Positions 12,955 to 26,437 of a DNA stretch of 62,382 nucleotides are shown here, piece by piece (position 1 is the stretch's first letter; the number at the start of each line of letters is the position of its first letter). The notes below the pieces were generated by a model. That model did not search any database. It worked only from the letters and a program-made list of their open reading frames with translations, and was not told the origin of the DNA. The DNA is from Trypethelium eluteriae (lineage: Eukaryota). The stretch lies in contig JAVECL010000073.1 of the NCBI GenBank assembly GCA_051942245.1, positions 1 through 62,382 of the forward strand, written 5' to 3'. A program made the position numbers and the translations under genes.

Positions 12955-14586
12955 ATGTCCCAAGATCCAGATATTTCAGACGATCCAGATGTCCGCACAG
13001 GTTCGGAAGTGGCAAATGGTCCTCAAAAATTACCGAGTAGATTTTCTCGTATCTATCGCAGTCCTTGATGGAGTGTGGTTGTCGTTGGACTTATTTCTTT
13101 CACTCAGCCCGGAATATGGAACGCATTGAATAGTATGTGCCTCGATGACTTCTGATCTGCCTCAAGAATAACGACAAAATCAGGCACTGGAGCAGGTGGA
13201 CAGCAAGAACCATATCTTGTGAACGGTGCAAATGCTTTGACTTTCGGGTCAGTCGCAAGTCGTATGCTCAAATGCCAGAAGTGCTTGCTGAAACTTCTAG
13301 AATCATGGTCTTTGGTTGTCCAATATTTGGAGCCCTCGCAAATAAATTCGGTTTGAAACCGATCTTAATATTTGGAACTCTCGGGTATGCGCCGTACTCC
13401 GCAGCCTTGTACATGAACAACCGCTACGGTACGCAATGGTTTGTCCCTTTTGGAGCGGCTACCTGTGGAGTCGCTGCATCTGCATTCTGGGCTACTGAAG
13501 GAGCTGTTGCCCTCGGATATCCACGCGTTGGCGATCGTGGTAAGGCGAGTAAGTGAACTCCTTTTTCTGCCGAAACTGAGCTGGAGACTAATAGCTTCCG
13601 ATATAGCTGGAGTTTGGCTCGGTTTGAGGGAGCTAGGTCAGCTCATTGGGTCTTCTATTCAGCTGTCTCTAAACGTCCATAAGAACAAGACAGGCAAGGT
13701 TGGATATACGACATATCTTACGCTCATCGGTCTTCAATGTCTCGGTCTACCCCTGGCATTCCTCGTCTCTTCACCCGAAAAGGTCATCCGCTCTGATGGA
13801 GCCAAAGCAGGAGACCCGACATTATCTAAGAACTTCCTAATTCAACTTCGTAGAATTGGAAAGCTCATCTTGAAAAAGCTCATCTTCTTGCTCATTCCAA
13901 TCTGTATTGTTGGCACGTGGAATGGAACGTATCAGGGGATTTATCTAACGAAATACTTCTCCGTTCGAGCTCGAACCTTGGGAGCTCTGACTTCAAGCAT
14001 CGCTGCCACTGCTGCTAATCTTTTCTGGGGGTGGTTCTTGGATCTGAAGTTTGTACGCCGGCCAACAATGGCCAAACTTGTATGGGCCATCTTTGCAGCT
14101 ATCCTCCTTGCCCTCTTTGGCTGGCAGGTCGCCAATGAAAACCTCTACGAGCACTCTCCAAGCAAGGTAACTCTTGACTGGGATCTTTCTGGGTTTGGCC
14201 GAGGCTTTGCTGTGAATGTCTTATTTAGGTAAGTCCTTTTTTTGCTCCTATCCGGCATGTCTTATGTTGGCTTGACGCCGGTTAGGTTTATGAACGAGTC
14301 TCACTACATGTTTGTGTATTGGATTGTCGGAACTTTTGATCAAGACGTCTCTACCCTGACACTGACTGTCGGCATCCTGCGGTCTTTCGAGTCGATCGGC
14401 TCTACGCTCGCAAACGGGATTGGTGCTTTACATATCAAGCCCATGACGAATCTCATCGTAGCATTTGTACTCTTCGTTGCAGCAATTCCGACTACTACAT
14501 GGGTGACGTACCTCGTCCCCGAGCACACAACGATAAACAAAGTTGATACTCCAGATTCCGGCTGTCTAGAGGGCGACAAACCCTGA
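12955..14586 (+). pseudogene. UNC-93-like (DUF895) MFS transporter with a premature stop in exon 1
   Basis: Exon 1 reads ...RIYRSP*WSVVVVGLISFTQPGIWNALN, with in-frame TGA at 13066-13068. Downstream exons carry family motifs TGAGGQQEPYLVNGANALTFG, GTLGYAPYSAALY, AFWATEG and YFSVRARTL. Confidence 0.8.
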
Positions 14587-14954
14587 TGGAAAGTGCCAGA
14601 GTGGCTTATATAATCGGGCCGTACATCTTGATACTTATTCAAGCCCTTCAATTATCACCAGAAACTTGGCGATACGCCACGAAGGCCTTGAAAAGTGAGT
14701 CTCTAATGGCTACTATTTAACCGTCGCTCTTTCAGCAGACTTCTGAGTCACTTACGCTGGTATCACGAGATGTTTCAATTCTTGCATCATCTAAGATTAG
14801 CAACAAGAAATTTTTCAGGATTCAAAAGTACATATATAGAAGTAGAAATACAATTGACAGTCTATAGCTAAAATTACCACCAAGAACAAACGTGGAGAAG
14901 CCCAGACTCAACAACAATCTATGATCGCATATAAAAATTATAATCCATGTTCTT

Positions 14955-15989
14955 TCAAGCACTAGCCAGTTTGAGTTCGAGATAATGCCCAACGAAATTT
15001 TTGACCTGTTCCTCGAATGTACGGAATTTCATGCGTAGAATCTCCTCGGATTTCGTCTCATCGATCTTAATGGGAAGAGTGCTGATTGTGCCATTATTTG
15101 GTAAAGTGCCGCGCTGCACTTCGGCACCGAATTCTTGAGCAACAATGTCAAGCTGCGTCTCCCAGACAGTTCCGTGCAATCCGCCAGAAGATAAGATCAA
15201 TCCTTGGTTCCCCAAGATCCTTTGATCAAGCGCTCGGACATGCGCCAGTGAGACATGTTCTAAATGTATCGACGCACTCGGCGTTGGACCGTCCTGTCCA
15301 CCAGTCACCGCCGTGAGGACCTTGGCATTAGTTCCGTCAATTATGTTCTCGACATCGGTGACCAATTCATCCTGGCCAAGAATGAATGCTGGAAATATAT
15401 GAACGATGTCGAATTGTGGGTTCTCGCGAGAAACCCAAGCTTCTGTGTCATTAAGAGCCTTGACCTTGCCTGCAGAGTAGGCTTCAAATACACCGTCATA
15501 GGGACCCGGAAGGAAAGGGGTTCTGCTTTTCTCGTTGAATACCGTGCTGGAGGAACCAGAAACGAAGTCTTTCCAAGAAACGATAGCAACAATTGAAGAG
15601 GTAAGAACAATTCTCTTCACTGACTCCGTCTTGCGTGCGGCTAGGAGGATATTCATCGTGCCCTTGACAGCTGGTTGGATGAATTGAGCCTCAAGATCAT
15701 CGCCTTCCTTGTAAGTATGGGCGATGGGGGAGGCCACATGAATGATATATGAAGTTCCAGCCACGGCATCATCATAAGCTCCATCAGCGATCATATCGGG
15801 CACAATCGCGAAACTGAGCCGGTCCAAGGATTTGAAATTTTTCAGAGATGGAGTTGCGAGGATCTTGTCTGCCTTAGCTTGTGAACGCACAGCAGCCCTG
15901 ACCCGGTAGCCCGCTTTGAGTGCATCAACGAGCACTCGATGTCCAAGGTGACCGGAGCCTCCTGTGACTAGCACTAATTCACCAGCCAT
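14955..15989 (-). CDS. NAD(P)-dependent epimerase/dehydratase family aldehyde/ketoreductase (Gre2/aldehyde reductase II-like)
   Basis: 344-aa ORF with VLVTGGSGHLG, IIHVASP, PAVKGTMNIL, RIVLTSS and YxxxK (YSAGK). Confidence 0.9.
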   Translation of the reverse strand: MAGELVLVTGGSGHLGHRVLVDALKAGYRVRAAVRSQAKADKILATPSLKNFKSLDRLSFAIVPDMIADGAYDDAVAGTSYIIHVASPIAHTYKEGDDLEAQFIQPAVKGTMNILLAARKTESVKRIVLTSSIVAIVSWKDFVSGSSSTVFNEKSRTPFLPGPYDGVFEAYSAGKVKALNDTEAWVSRENPQFDIVHIFPAFILGQDELVTDVENIIDGTNAKVLTAVTGGQDGPTPSASIHLEHVSLAHVRALDQRILGNQGLILSSGGLHGTVWETQLDIVAQEFGAEVQRGTLPNNGTISTLPIKIDETKSEEILRMKFRTFEEQVKNFVGHYLELKLASA

Positions 15990-16403
15990 TTCGAAATCGA
16001 TTGCGGTGAGTTGTGGATTTTTTTGGATTGTTTTTTCCTTCAGAAATTGAAGTATCTTGTAATTAGTTTGATCTTTTTGTGGCGTCTCAAGTGTGGCTGA
16101 ATCAACTGCAGTGAAGGGCGCGGGATGTATTGTCTAAACTCACCAAGACCAACTTGAGCAGCATTCTTATAGAATTCTATTGTCATACTATCTTCGATTG
16201 AAAATTGAACTACTAATACTGTGTATTTCAAACTAGTTGATGTGTTATACTTCTCGTATTTGTTGTACGTTTCTTTATGTAGTGTTCGGATCACTAATCG
16301 GAAGCTGCAGTCGTTGCATGTGGTACCGTTGAAACCCGCCAATGCAACCTAAGCAATTTTTGCATCTACCTACAGGCGGTGACTTACAAAGCTATGTGAT
16401 CAT

Positions 16404-18036
16404 TCAGTGTCGGGTTGCGGTTAACGTTCTCGTACTGGCCATCTGGGAATCGACTCGAAGCGGTCGCTTTCCCTCCTCAATGTCCTCAAGCCGCGTTCTT
16501 CCAGACTCCAATCGCTGGCCGGACTTCCTCAATAACTCAATACTGACTTCAAGAGGGTAGTCTTGCAATGTCAAGCCAGGAGTGGCAAAATCGTCGCGAA
16601 ATTCAGTTAGTTCTGCCTCGACTCGATTAAGTGCTACTGTAGTCTCCTGCATTACTTCTGATGAGCTCTCATAGAAATTCGCCAAATGCGTCAGTAGTGA
16701 GGTATGCGATTTATGCTTTTCGTAATCATCCGGGCGCGCAAGACGAGCCCATAGTGCAGCCAAAACATTCATTCGGGGCAAATCGCCGATCTCATCACTG
16801 ACAAGTTCCCTGATCCGATCTAGAGTCTCCTGAATTTCGTCAAAGTCATGATTAAGTTCAAAGGAATCGTCAAGAAGCGTTTTGACTTTATCACTGATCT
16901 TTGCGGCGGTAGAAATAAAGATTCGTTTTACTTGCTCTTCGGAGTGATTTGGATTTGCGAAGTCTAGAACAGCGAACGGATTGATGTAGGCCATAGCTCG
17001 CGTCGAGATTGTTGATGGAGTCCTTCGCTCTTCAGCGATATCCTCAAGACGCTTGACAGCGTAATTATCGAAGGTGCTGACTGCATCAATTGATTTGCCA
17101 ACTCTAGCCGTGAATCGGGACAGATTTCTGCAAAATCTCTATTAGTAGTTGTTGCAGGGATACATAGGCTGCTTACTTGGCCGTTCTTTTCGTCAATTGC
17201 GCAAGCGAAGCCAGCTCCTGTGCGATCTCTTTTCCCCGCGCAAGATCACTTGCTGCCACACGAATCCTAAGATCTCGAAGTGTAAACTCATGGCCCACCA
17301 TGTCCCTTGCAAATTCGAAATTCTGTCCGGCCCGATCCATGACAATAGTAAGCTCCTCTTGAGATGTGGCAACCTTTGAGGCATCGTTCGACCCATCATG
17401 GAATTCCAGAGACCAAGTACAGAAGGGTATTCGAGATCCAATGATCGGAATGGAGCAGATTGGAGACAACGTGGCTACCGTGTAGTGACGTAAAAGAGCG
17501 AACAACCACGAGATACACAAAGCTAACAAGTAAATGAAAAGAACCCATTTCCAAACTGGATAAGTTAATCTCGGGAGCGTGAGGGCGAATCTGATCACAT
17601 GCCAGGTATCTTTTGCAATCTGTAGCAGCCAGGATGCCCCTTGAGGCTGTGGCAATGGCCGTTCGCTCAAATTCGTATGATGATCCTGAACGGGCGCTTG
17701 AGAGCTCTTACCTTGGGAAGCTCGCGTCCTTCGAGGCAATCTGGTCACGCCACGATCACCGAATGGGACCGTGCTTCCCTTTCCAGCCATCTTATCGTTA
17801 TCTCGATCATGGGGAAAGACGTCAGACGCCTGGTTCGATCCTGAGTATTTCGGAGCTTTCTGCTGGCTTGTTTTCTCCCTTCGTTCCTTCGACCGTGGTG
17901 CTGGACCACGTAAGACTGGCCCAGCGTTTTGAAGTGATGTACTCGACGTGTCAGGAATATCAAGGTCGGTAGATTGGCCGTTCTTTGGTTGAGAAGGAGA
18001 GGTCTTGGCTGGATTCGAAGGTACGGCTTTGCTCAT
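16404..18036 (-). CDS. Hypothetical fungal membrane-anchored coiled-coil protein
   Basis: Two long exons joined by a GT-AG intron near 17129-17176. Disordered N-terminus, a hydrophobic segment (WKWVLFIYLLALCISWLFALL), a CSIPIIGSRIPFC motif, then a helical/coiled-coil region. Start codon uncertain. Confidence 0.7.
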
Positions 18037-20119
18037 CCTGCTGTCTGGGCTTACGTTGGGTGTCTCGATATTCACCTAGCCGCGTGAGGTATTTGGGGAG
18101 GAAGACGGCTATTTATTTGAGGCTGCTGCGAGGGGGAACGTTTTTGATAACTGGATATTTATTCATCGGACATCGAATATCTAAAGTGAGAATATCCCGA
18201 ATCAGTTTAGGTGAAGAAGGCAGACGTGCAGGGAAAATGATAAGGCGGGCGCTACTTCGCCCTTGACGGTATCTCAGACGAGAAGAACTCTGTATCAAGA
18301 CGGAACCAAGCTTGCCTTATACAAGTGATCGAGGAGAGTCAAAGTGACTGACCGACTCGAGGCTCAATGATATGAGATCCGAGCACATGGGTTGATCTCG
18401 AAGTAGGACGAAGTGGTAGTTAGCTTAGGTAGCGGGCCCCGGCCTTAAAAACAGGAGCTCACATAGCACAAGCGCCTGGTGCGGCGCTTGCTCACCACTC
18501 ATGAGCAACATAGAGAGGATGGTAAGAACAGGAATTACCAAAACAGAATATTTGAAGTAATGTACATCAAAGGATCAGATTCTTGACGTCCGGATACAGC
18601 ATGGTAGGCTATCGCGCACCATGGCGTAGAGCCCAGCACTGAGTTGCGGCCAGGCTTGGTCGAGCCAGACTTCATAGCGTTAGTGCCTCGGTCAGTGCCA
18701 AATGCATGGCAATTTTCTATCCCGCCACAAACTAATGACCTGACCAGCTTCAGCTTTTCCCTACTCGTAAGCCTGAGGAGCGCTTCATCAGCCTCGAAAT
18801 GACGACGAGTAGACTGGGAGGTACTCATGCGCTGTAGGCTTCGTTCTTTCAGGTCGGCCTGCTATATACATATCCTTAAGCGACTCCGAATGAAAGACTC
18901 TGAAAACTTGAAGCTTGTTGATACCTTCTCTGCTTTCGCTTTGGCTTACTAGCTATCTTCCTCTGTACCACTACTCCTCGCTTTAAAATTATACGAAATT
19001 CGCTTTCAGTAACAAGGAGACTATATAAACACTGCTCTAATTCTACTATTCCTCTTGCCATTCCTTCCTCTGCCACTGCTGCTTCTGCTGTTTCTGCTAT
19101 GGCTGTGATTGCTGTTTTCGCTCTAGTAGGTACCCAGTTCGGAGGCAAAGGGGATAGCAATTCGAGATCTCGCCTACAGTAAGACTGATATTGAGATTCG
19201 TCAGGCTTGAACTGGTCTCTCGCATTCGATGTCTACAGATCCTTCAATGGAGCATCTCGATCCTAAAAAAGAGATCGACGCATGGGTTCTGACAAATGAG
19301 ATCTGTAAGATCCCGCCCGAATTCTATACACTTTATCTCGGTATCTAGCGATTGACTTCTTTCGAACAAGAGCGCGCTAATACGCGTCGTATTACTAGAT
19401 ACGGTAAGTTTGTATACATAATTGTGTATATGTACGGAGCAGAATGGAGGAGATAAAATCGCTCATTGCTACTCGATCGTGATAAAGCTAGGTAAAATCT
19501 AAAACTAGCTAGTCAGGGGTGGGACGAGTGCACGGGCTATCCTACCCTCGAAAGTGTTAAGCACGCTGAGATAAGAACCTTATTCTTCCGAGCTTCACCA
19601 GCGGATGGAGAAAGAAATGTCGGTGCTACAGTATATGAAGCGGCAAATTCCGAGATCCTGTCAACGAGTTTTTCCTCAAGTTCAGAGATAAGAGTGTATT
19701 ACGATATCGAGGAAGAACTCGTACGAAATATATCACATGCCAATTCTTAGCTGTGTTCGATCAGGAAGGCCCCAGCAATAGTGAACCTATAACGGAGCAT
19801 ACTCCGCCGACAATTCTTATTACGACCCCTGGCACTCCTTCAGTTTGGACGCCATGGTTTTGCCTAAAGTACTTTACCCGCATCATTCCACCATATAAAC
19901 ATCAAAACCCCAGAGGTCATACGCTTCGAACCTTGCCTAGTTGTGCTCACGCTGGTACTCCGCTGGGATCATGATTTTGGTTGCAAGGCCAACTCCACCT
20001 CCGCAATATGATGCCCCTGCAGCGATACTTTGGAAGGATAAAATCCATGGACTGCCCGCGAAGGTGCGAGTTCTATCCATCAGGAGTTTAGAATTTTCGT
20101 CTTCTGAGTGCCCTCTACA

Positions 20120-20867
20120 ATGCGGTCGATTATTGCTTCTTGCATCTCCCTTCTGGGCTTGCTACTTCCAGCAGCAAGAGCGACAACATGGTACTTTGTG
20201 ACATTTAACCCTCCTAGTGGGGAGTATTTCACATCCCTCTCTGGCAACATGGTTGCCCCTACCCTTCCCAGCGCTGCGACTTACTACCTTTGGCCTGGCT
20301 TGCAGCCCACCGACAATTCCGGTGTCTATCAGAATGTGCTTGATGGTCGCTCAGGCACTTGGTGGTTTGGGAGTGGCTGGTGTTGCTCGAACCCGAGCTT
20401 GGCCTGGGGAGGCGGCTTCAACGTGGCGAACGGCGCGACTGTGACCTTCTCCAACATTAAGCAGTCTGATGGAAGCTGGACGTCAACCATAAAAGACCCG
20501 AGCAGTGGCGGATCGGCATCCAACAACTTCGCTCTGCAGGGCAAAAACTTCAACGATGGCGTTTTCGCGATAGAGCTCGACGGTCCGTCATGGAACTTTG
20601 GGCCGCTCGCTTTCAGCAATATTGTCATCGTAAGTTTACTTTGCAAACTCCGTAGAGGCTTGTTGTTGCATATTGTTCACTTCGTCTATTTTATACTAAC
20701 TTCAATGCGAGACCTCAACAGGCACTGATGCGTCTTGGTGCAAAACTACTCCGAATAATTACAACAGCGCTACAGTCTATTCTATTAGCGGCGTTTCATC
20801 CTCGGTTAAGAACAATATTGTTACCTGTAATATTAAGAGCCTCGTTTTGGAAAAGCCTGCGTCCTAG
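20120..20867 (+). CDS. Small secreted beta-rich protein (concanavalin-A-like/peptidase G1-like fold suspected)
   Basis: Signal peptide MRSIIASCISLLGLLLPAARA and motif YYLWPGLQPTDNSGVYQNVLDG...WCCSNP. An intron at about 20630..20711 leads to a C-terminus with two further Cys (SWCKTTP...VTCNIKSLVLEKPAS*). Confidence 0.75.
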
Positions 20868-21172
20868 CGCTTTGATGGGATTCTAGTACCCTAAGCCCAG
20901 ACTCTCAAGTCATTATAACTCAAAAAAATGGGCTTTATCACTGAAATGCACAGCGAAGAACAATAGTGAAAATTTATCTACCCCATCATCTTTTTTCCTC
21001 GGCGGTTTCCCAAACACATAAATCAGATCCTAGGTAATACACATGGTAGGTCGGAGCGCAGGAGGTACTTCTGATCACAAAGGAATGGCAGAGCACGCTT
21101 GTACCGTGGCTCGTTCAAAGAAGCTGCTCTGTCCAAGCCTAAGAAATAACGCCCTACATATCAATCATACCT

Positions 21173-23124
<1,952 letters not shown>

Positions 23125-24612
23125 TTATACAGTCATTTGCGAATTATCCCGAGGACGGGAGTTGTTATGGGCAGATCCATCGAAGAATGCGCTACAATTC
23201 GGACGGAGGAATCTGCCGTAGGTATCAGGATAGAAAAATGCCTGGAATAAGAGCCTATCTCTGTTCTGAGGCTCCTCCGAGTCCCGTGGTCAAGCCTAAA
23301 ACGGCCGTGATGGAAGAAATTGGGGCGAATCCGCAGCCGCTAAGTACTCCGAAGAGGATTCGTTGAATGACATGAAACTACCTGAAATTCAGGAAAGACA
23401 TCATTCAACATTCCAAGACAACCTCTCTAATTTCAGCTTTATTGTCACGAAACTCACCCAGTAGTGTGACCTGCAAGTCACCAATGTCGTCCTTGTATAC
23501 CCTTATTGTTTCAACTGCTCGGAGTTTTACGACTATTGGTCCCAGCAACAATGAGCGAATACCGAAGCACCTCGGGCTATTCGCTTAGTGAAGCCCGAGG
23601 ACCTTCCTATTGATCAGGTACCCAAGCTTTGGTTCGTTTTTTTGCTACTTGGCTATATTGGTCGTTTCATATTTCCCCCGCCACCAACTGGAATTTCTGA
23701 ACCTAGCAGTAGTAAGTACATTAGTTTACTTGGCGTCCATTAGCAAAAGAATCGTCTTAGCATTGAACAGATTACTCAACGCCTTTTGGTACTGATGTAG
23801 CCTGGAAACAGCAGTCTAGCATTTTAGCAGACCTATCCCATAGAGTACGATGTCTTATCCAGGGACTTCTCAACTAGAAGAAATAGCTTTCTTTCTAGGT
23901 AGATGATTTTGTATGTTTTGGTCATGAACTTAATAGCTATGCACGTGGAACTGCTGATTCTATTGACCGACCTCTATCACGACATAATCAGAAAAGTTAC
24001 AAGCAGTTTGCACTGATAGGTTTGGTTGTCCGTTGCGATACTGCTCTTAATCTTCCTGCTGGCCAATATGAGTCTATAGACTTCGACTTTTATAAACCTT
24101 TTGAAGGCGCCAGAGATGATCAGCCAACTGCTTTTCAATGTGTATTTAATAGAGAATATTCTGTGTATAAATTGAGTCATTATGATTGACAGTATAGTCC
24201 ACAGTGCCCAATGAGTCATGCATCCTCCCGAGCGTTTTCGGGAAGATACAGACTCGGATGTGAGCCTGTCCATCCTCCAGCAAAACCCAGCCGGATTTCT
24301 TCGGATCTGAGTCTCATTCAGGCTCTTGTTAAACTCGGACTTGCATGATGTCTCAAGGAAATGCAGGTGTGCCCGCAAATGTGATGTTGCATGTGATATG
24401 TGAGAAGGCAGTGAATACAAGCGAGGCTCATGAGTTAGCCAGTTATATAGATGTCCTCGCCTTCATAGCTTAATCCACAATTTTGCACCACCCATTTTAC
24501 ATCATCAAATTGTTATCCTACATTAGCCATTGACCTTGTCTAACAAAGAATTGACCGAACCAGTTTTCCATTGACTGCTTAATCTATACCTCGACTCCAA
24601 CAATTCAGCATC

Positions 24613-25071
24613 ATGTCAGAATCGAGCTCACCGTCGTATTACTTGTATTCACTCGACATTGTCGCCTTCACTGTAGGCCTAGCTCTTATTACCTCAGGAG
24701 TAATAGGCACTTTCATCAACCCTTGGACGAGTCAGTACCTCAGGTTCACGTCTTGTTCCTCCCATCCTGAGGGTCTCACTAATCAATATCTTATAGTCGT
24801 CAGAATTTTTGGCCTTCCTACAGCAACGAAAGATAACATTGTCTTCTTTCCAGCTGCAACGGGTCGGAACCTCAGCGCTGGCACTTTTGTCTGGACTCTA
24901 ACTTTCCTTGGTGAAAGAAAGTTGCTGGGCATCTATCTGCTGTGCTTGACTTGGACGGGGATTGCAGATATTAAGATTCTCTATGAGCACCCTCAGGGCC
25001 AGAAGATGTGGGGCCACATCAGCAATATCTTCATTCTGTGGATTCTAGGCCCGATTTTGATCAACTCATGA
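24613..25071 (+). CDS. Small multi-pass membrane protein (DUF4267-like)
   Basis: In-frame 66-nt intron (about 24731..24796). Four hydrophobic segments with FGLP, GRNLSAG and ADI...WGH motifs typical of DUF4267. Confidence 0.7.
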   Translation: MSESSSPSYYLYSLDIVAFTVGLALITSGVIGTFINPWTSQYLRFTSCSSHPEGLTNQYLIVVRIFGLPTATKDNIVFFPAATGRNLSAGTFVWTLTFLGERKLLGIYLLCLTWTGIADIKILYEHPQGQKMWGHISNIFILWILGPILINS

Positions 25072-25431
25072 ATAGATTGACGATTCGTTTGTATCCGATA
25101 CTCGAGGGGCGGTAAATAGCTGTGTCTCCTAAATTCGGTGGTGAAGAGAAATCTGAGTCTCGGTCCTCTGGGATTTGTTATTGCGGCGCCGTCACCCAAT
25201 GTCAAATCTTAATTAGATATAGTGAAGTAGAAATGGAACAACTTTGGGATGGAGGGTATCTCAAACCTGTGTGTTAGTCGCGGTGGAAGCGTAGACGCGG
25301 CCTCGAAGCCTCCGGAAAGGTTTGTCACAAACATAATCACTCTTAATTTTGATAATCGGCTCTACTCTACTGAGTTTCATGTCTGGTCCTAACATCTGGC
25401 CCCTTTTGACATGACTTAAAAAATGATGAAA

Positions 25432-26025
25432 TCAATGCTCAAAAATTTTATCGTGGTCGTATTCTCCCCACCGGATGTCAGGCTGAATCCCTGCAAACTT
25501 CCATACATCATCCAGTTTGCGATACCAAATTGTGCCCTTGCCGTGCGCATGCCCCTTGATAGCCACTTCCGTCAACTCATCGTCCGTATATTTTTGATGA
25601 GCTACTCGCATTTGATGATAGCCGGTAATTTCATTCTCCCCAGTCTGGACCCAATTTGTTGCTCCGACGAAATGCTGTGTCTTTAGACGTGGATTTCCAA
25701 GAAATTTCCGATCGGAGGCCATACTTATGAACCGTTCTGCGGGCATAGACTCCCAGAGCTTATTGAGAAAGGCACGGTAATCAATCTGAAGGAATACAAG
25801 GGCTATCAGAGCGCATGCATTTGGTGCGGTTCAAGGTGATACCTACTCGGAGAGTTGGTGCAATGCATTTCGAAAGACGGTCCCAATCCTTCGTGTCGTA
25901 GCTTTCGGCCCATTCATAGAGTGTGGCTTGACAGCCTAAAATATCTGGGGTTTTTGTATAAGAGCCTAGGCCTACTTGGGGAGAAAGGGGTTCGAATAAC
26001 CTTCATATCTGGCTTGGTTGGTCAT
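25432..26025 (-). CDS. mdpB: Scytalone dehydratase-like protein (MdpB/NsrI type)
   Basis: Spliced product [48 protein letters not shown]...[14 protein letters not shown]...[10 protein letters not shown]...[16 protein letters not shown], the scytalone dehydratase signature. Divergent from the SDR gene. Confidence 0.93.
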
Positions 26026-26437
26026 TCTGGAGAATCTCGTCGAATCTGAAGGAAAACCTGTCGATGCAACAAATGAGTATCTTCCGAGCACGTAGAAATA
26101 ATCACTCTATGGTATGGAAAGAGACCATATACCTCGAGCTTCTATCACGAAAACATTCTTACAGATGGAAATTGTCCCGAAACCCGATGCATTATACCGA
26201 ACAAGCAATGCCGGGCGCCGCCTGGTACACAGAAGCCTACCGAAAGCGGGTAGAGTAACTCAGGGACTCCATTTACTGCTAATATGGCTACAGACCACAT
26301 GAGTCTAGCGTTGGCGGGATTTAAGATGAGCGCGGATTCATTGCACTAGACGGATATTAGTGGCGTCTTCTGTCAATCCTGTACGTGAATTGTATGTTTA
26401 CACAATCATCCAAACAGACATCCACCGAACCTCCAGT

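Noticed and set aside
26177..26187. AflR site in the mdpB/mdpC divergent promoter (TCGGGTTTCGG on -)
   Set aside because: It matches only the relaxed TCG-N5-CGR pattern, and I did not see it repeated in the other cluster promoters. Too weak to call.
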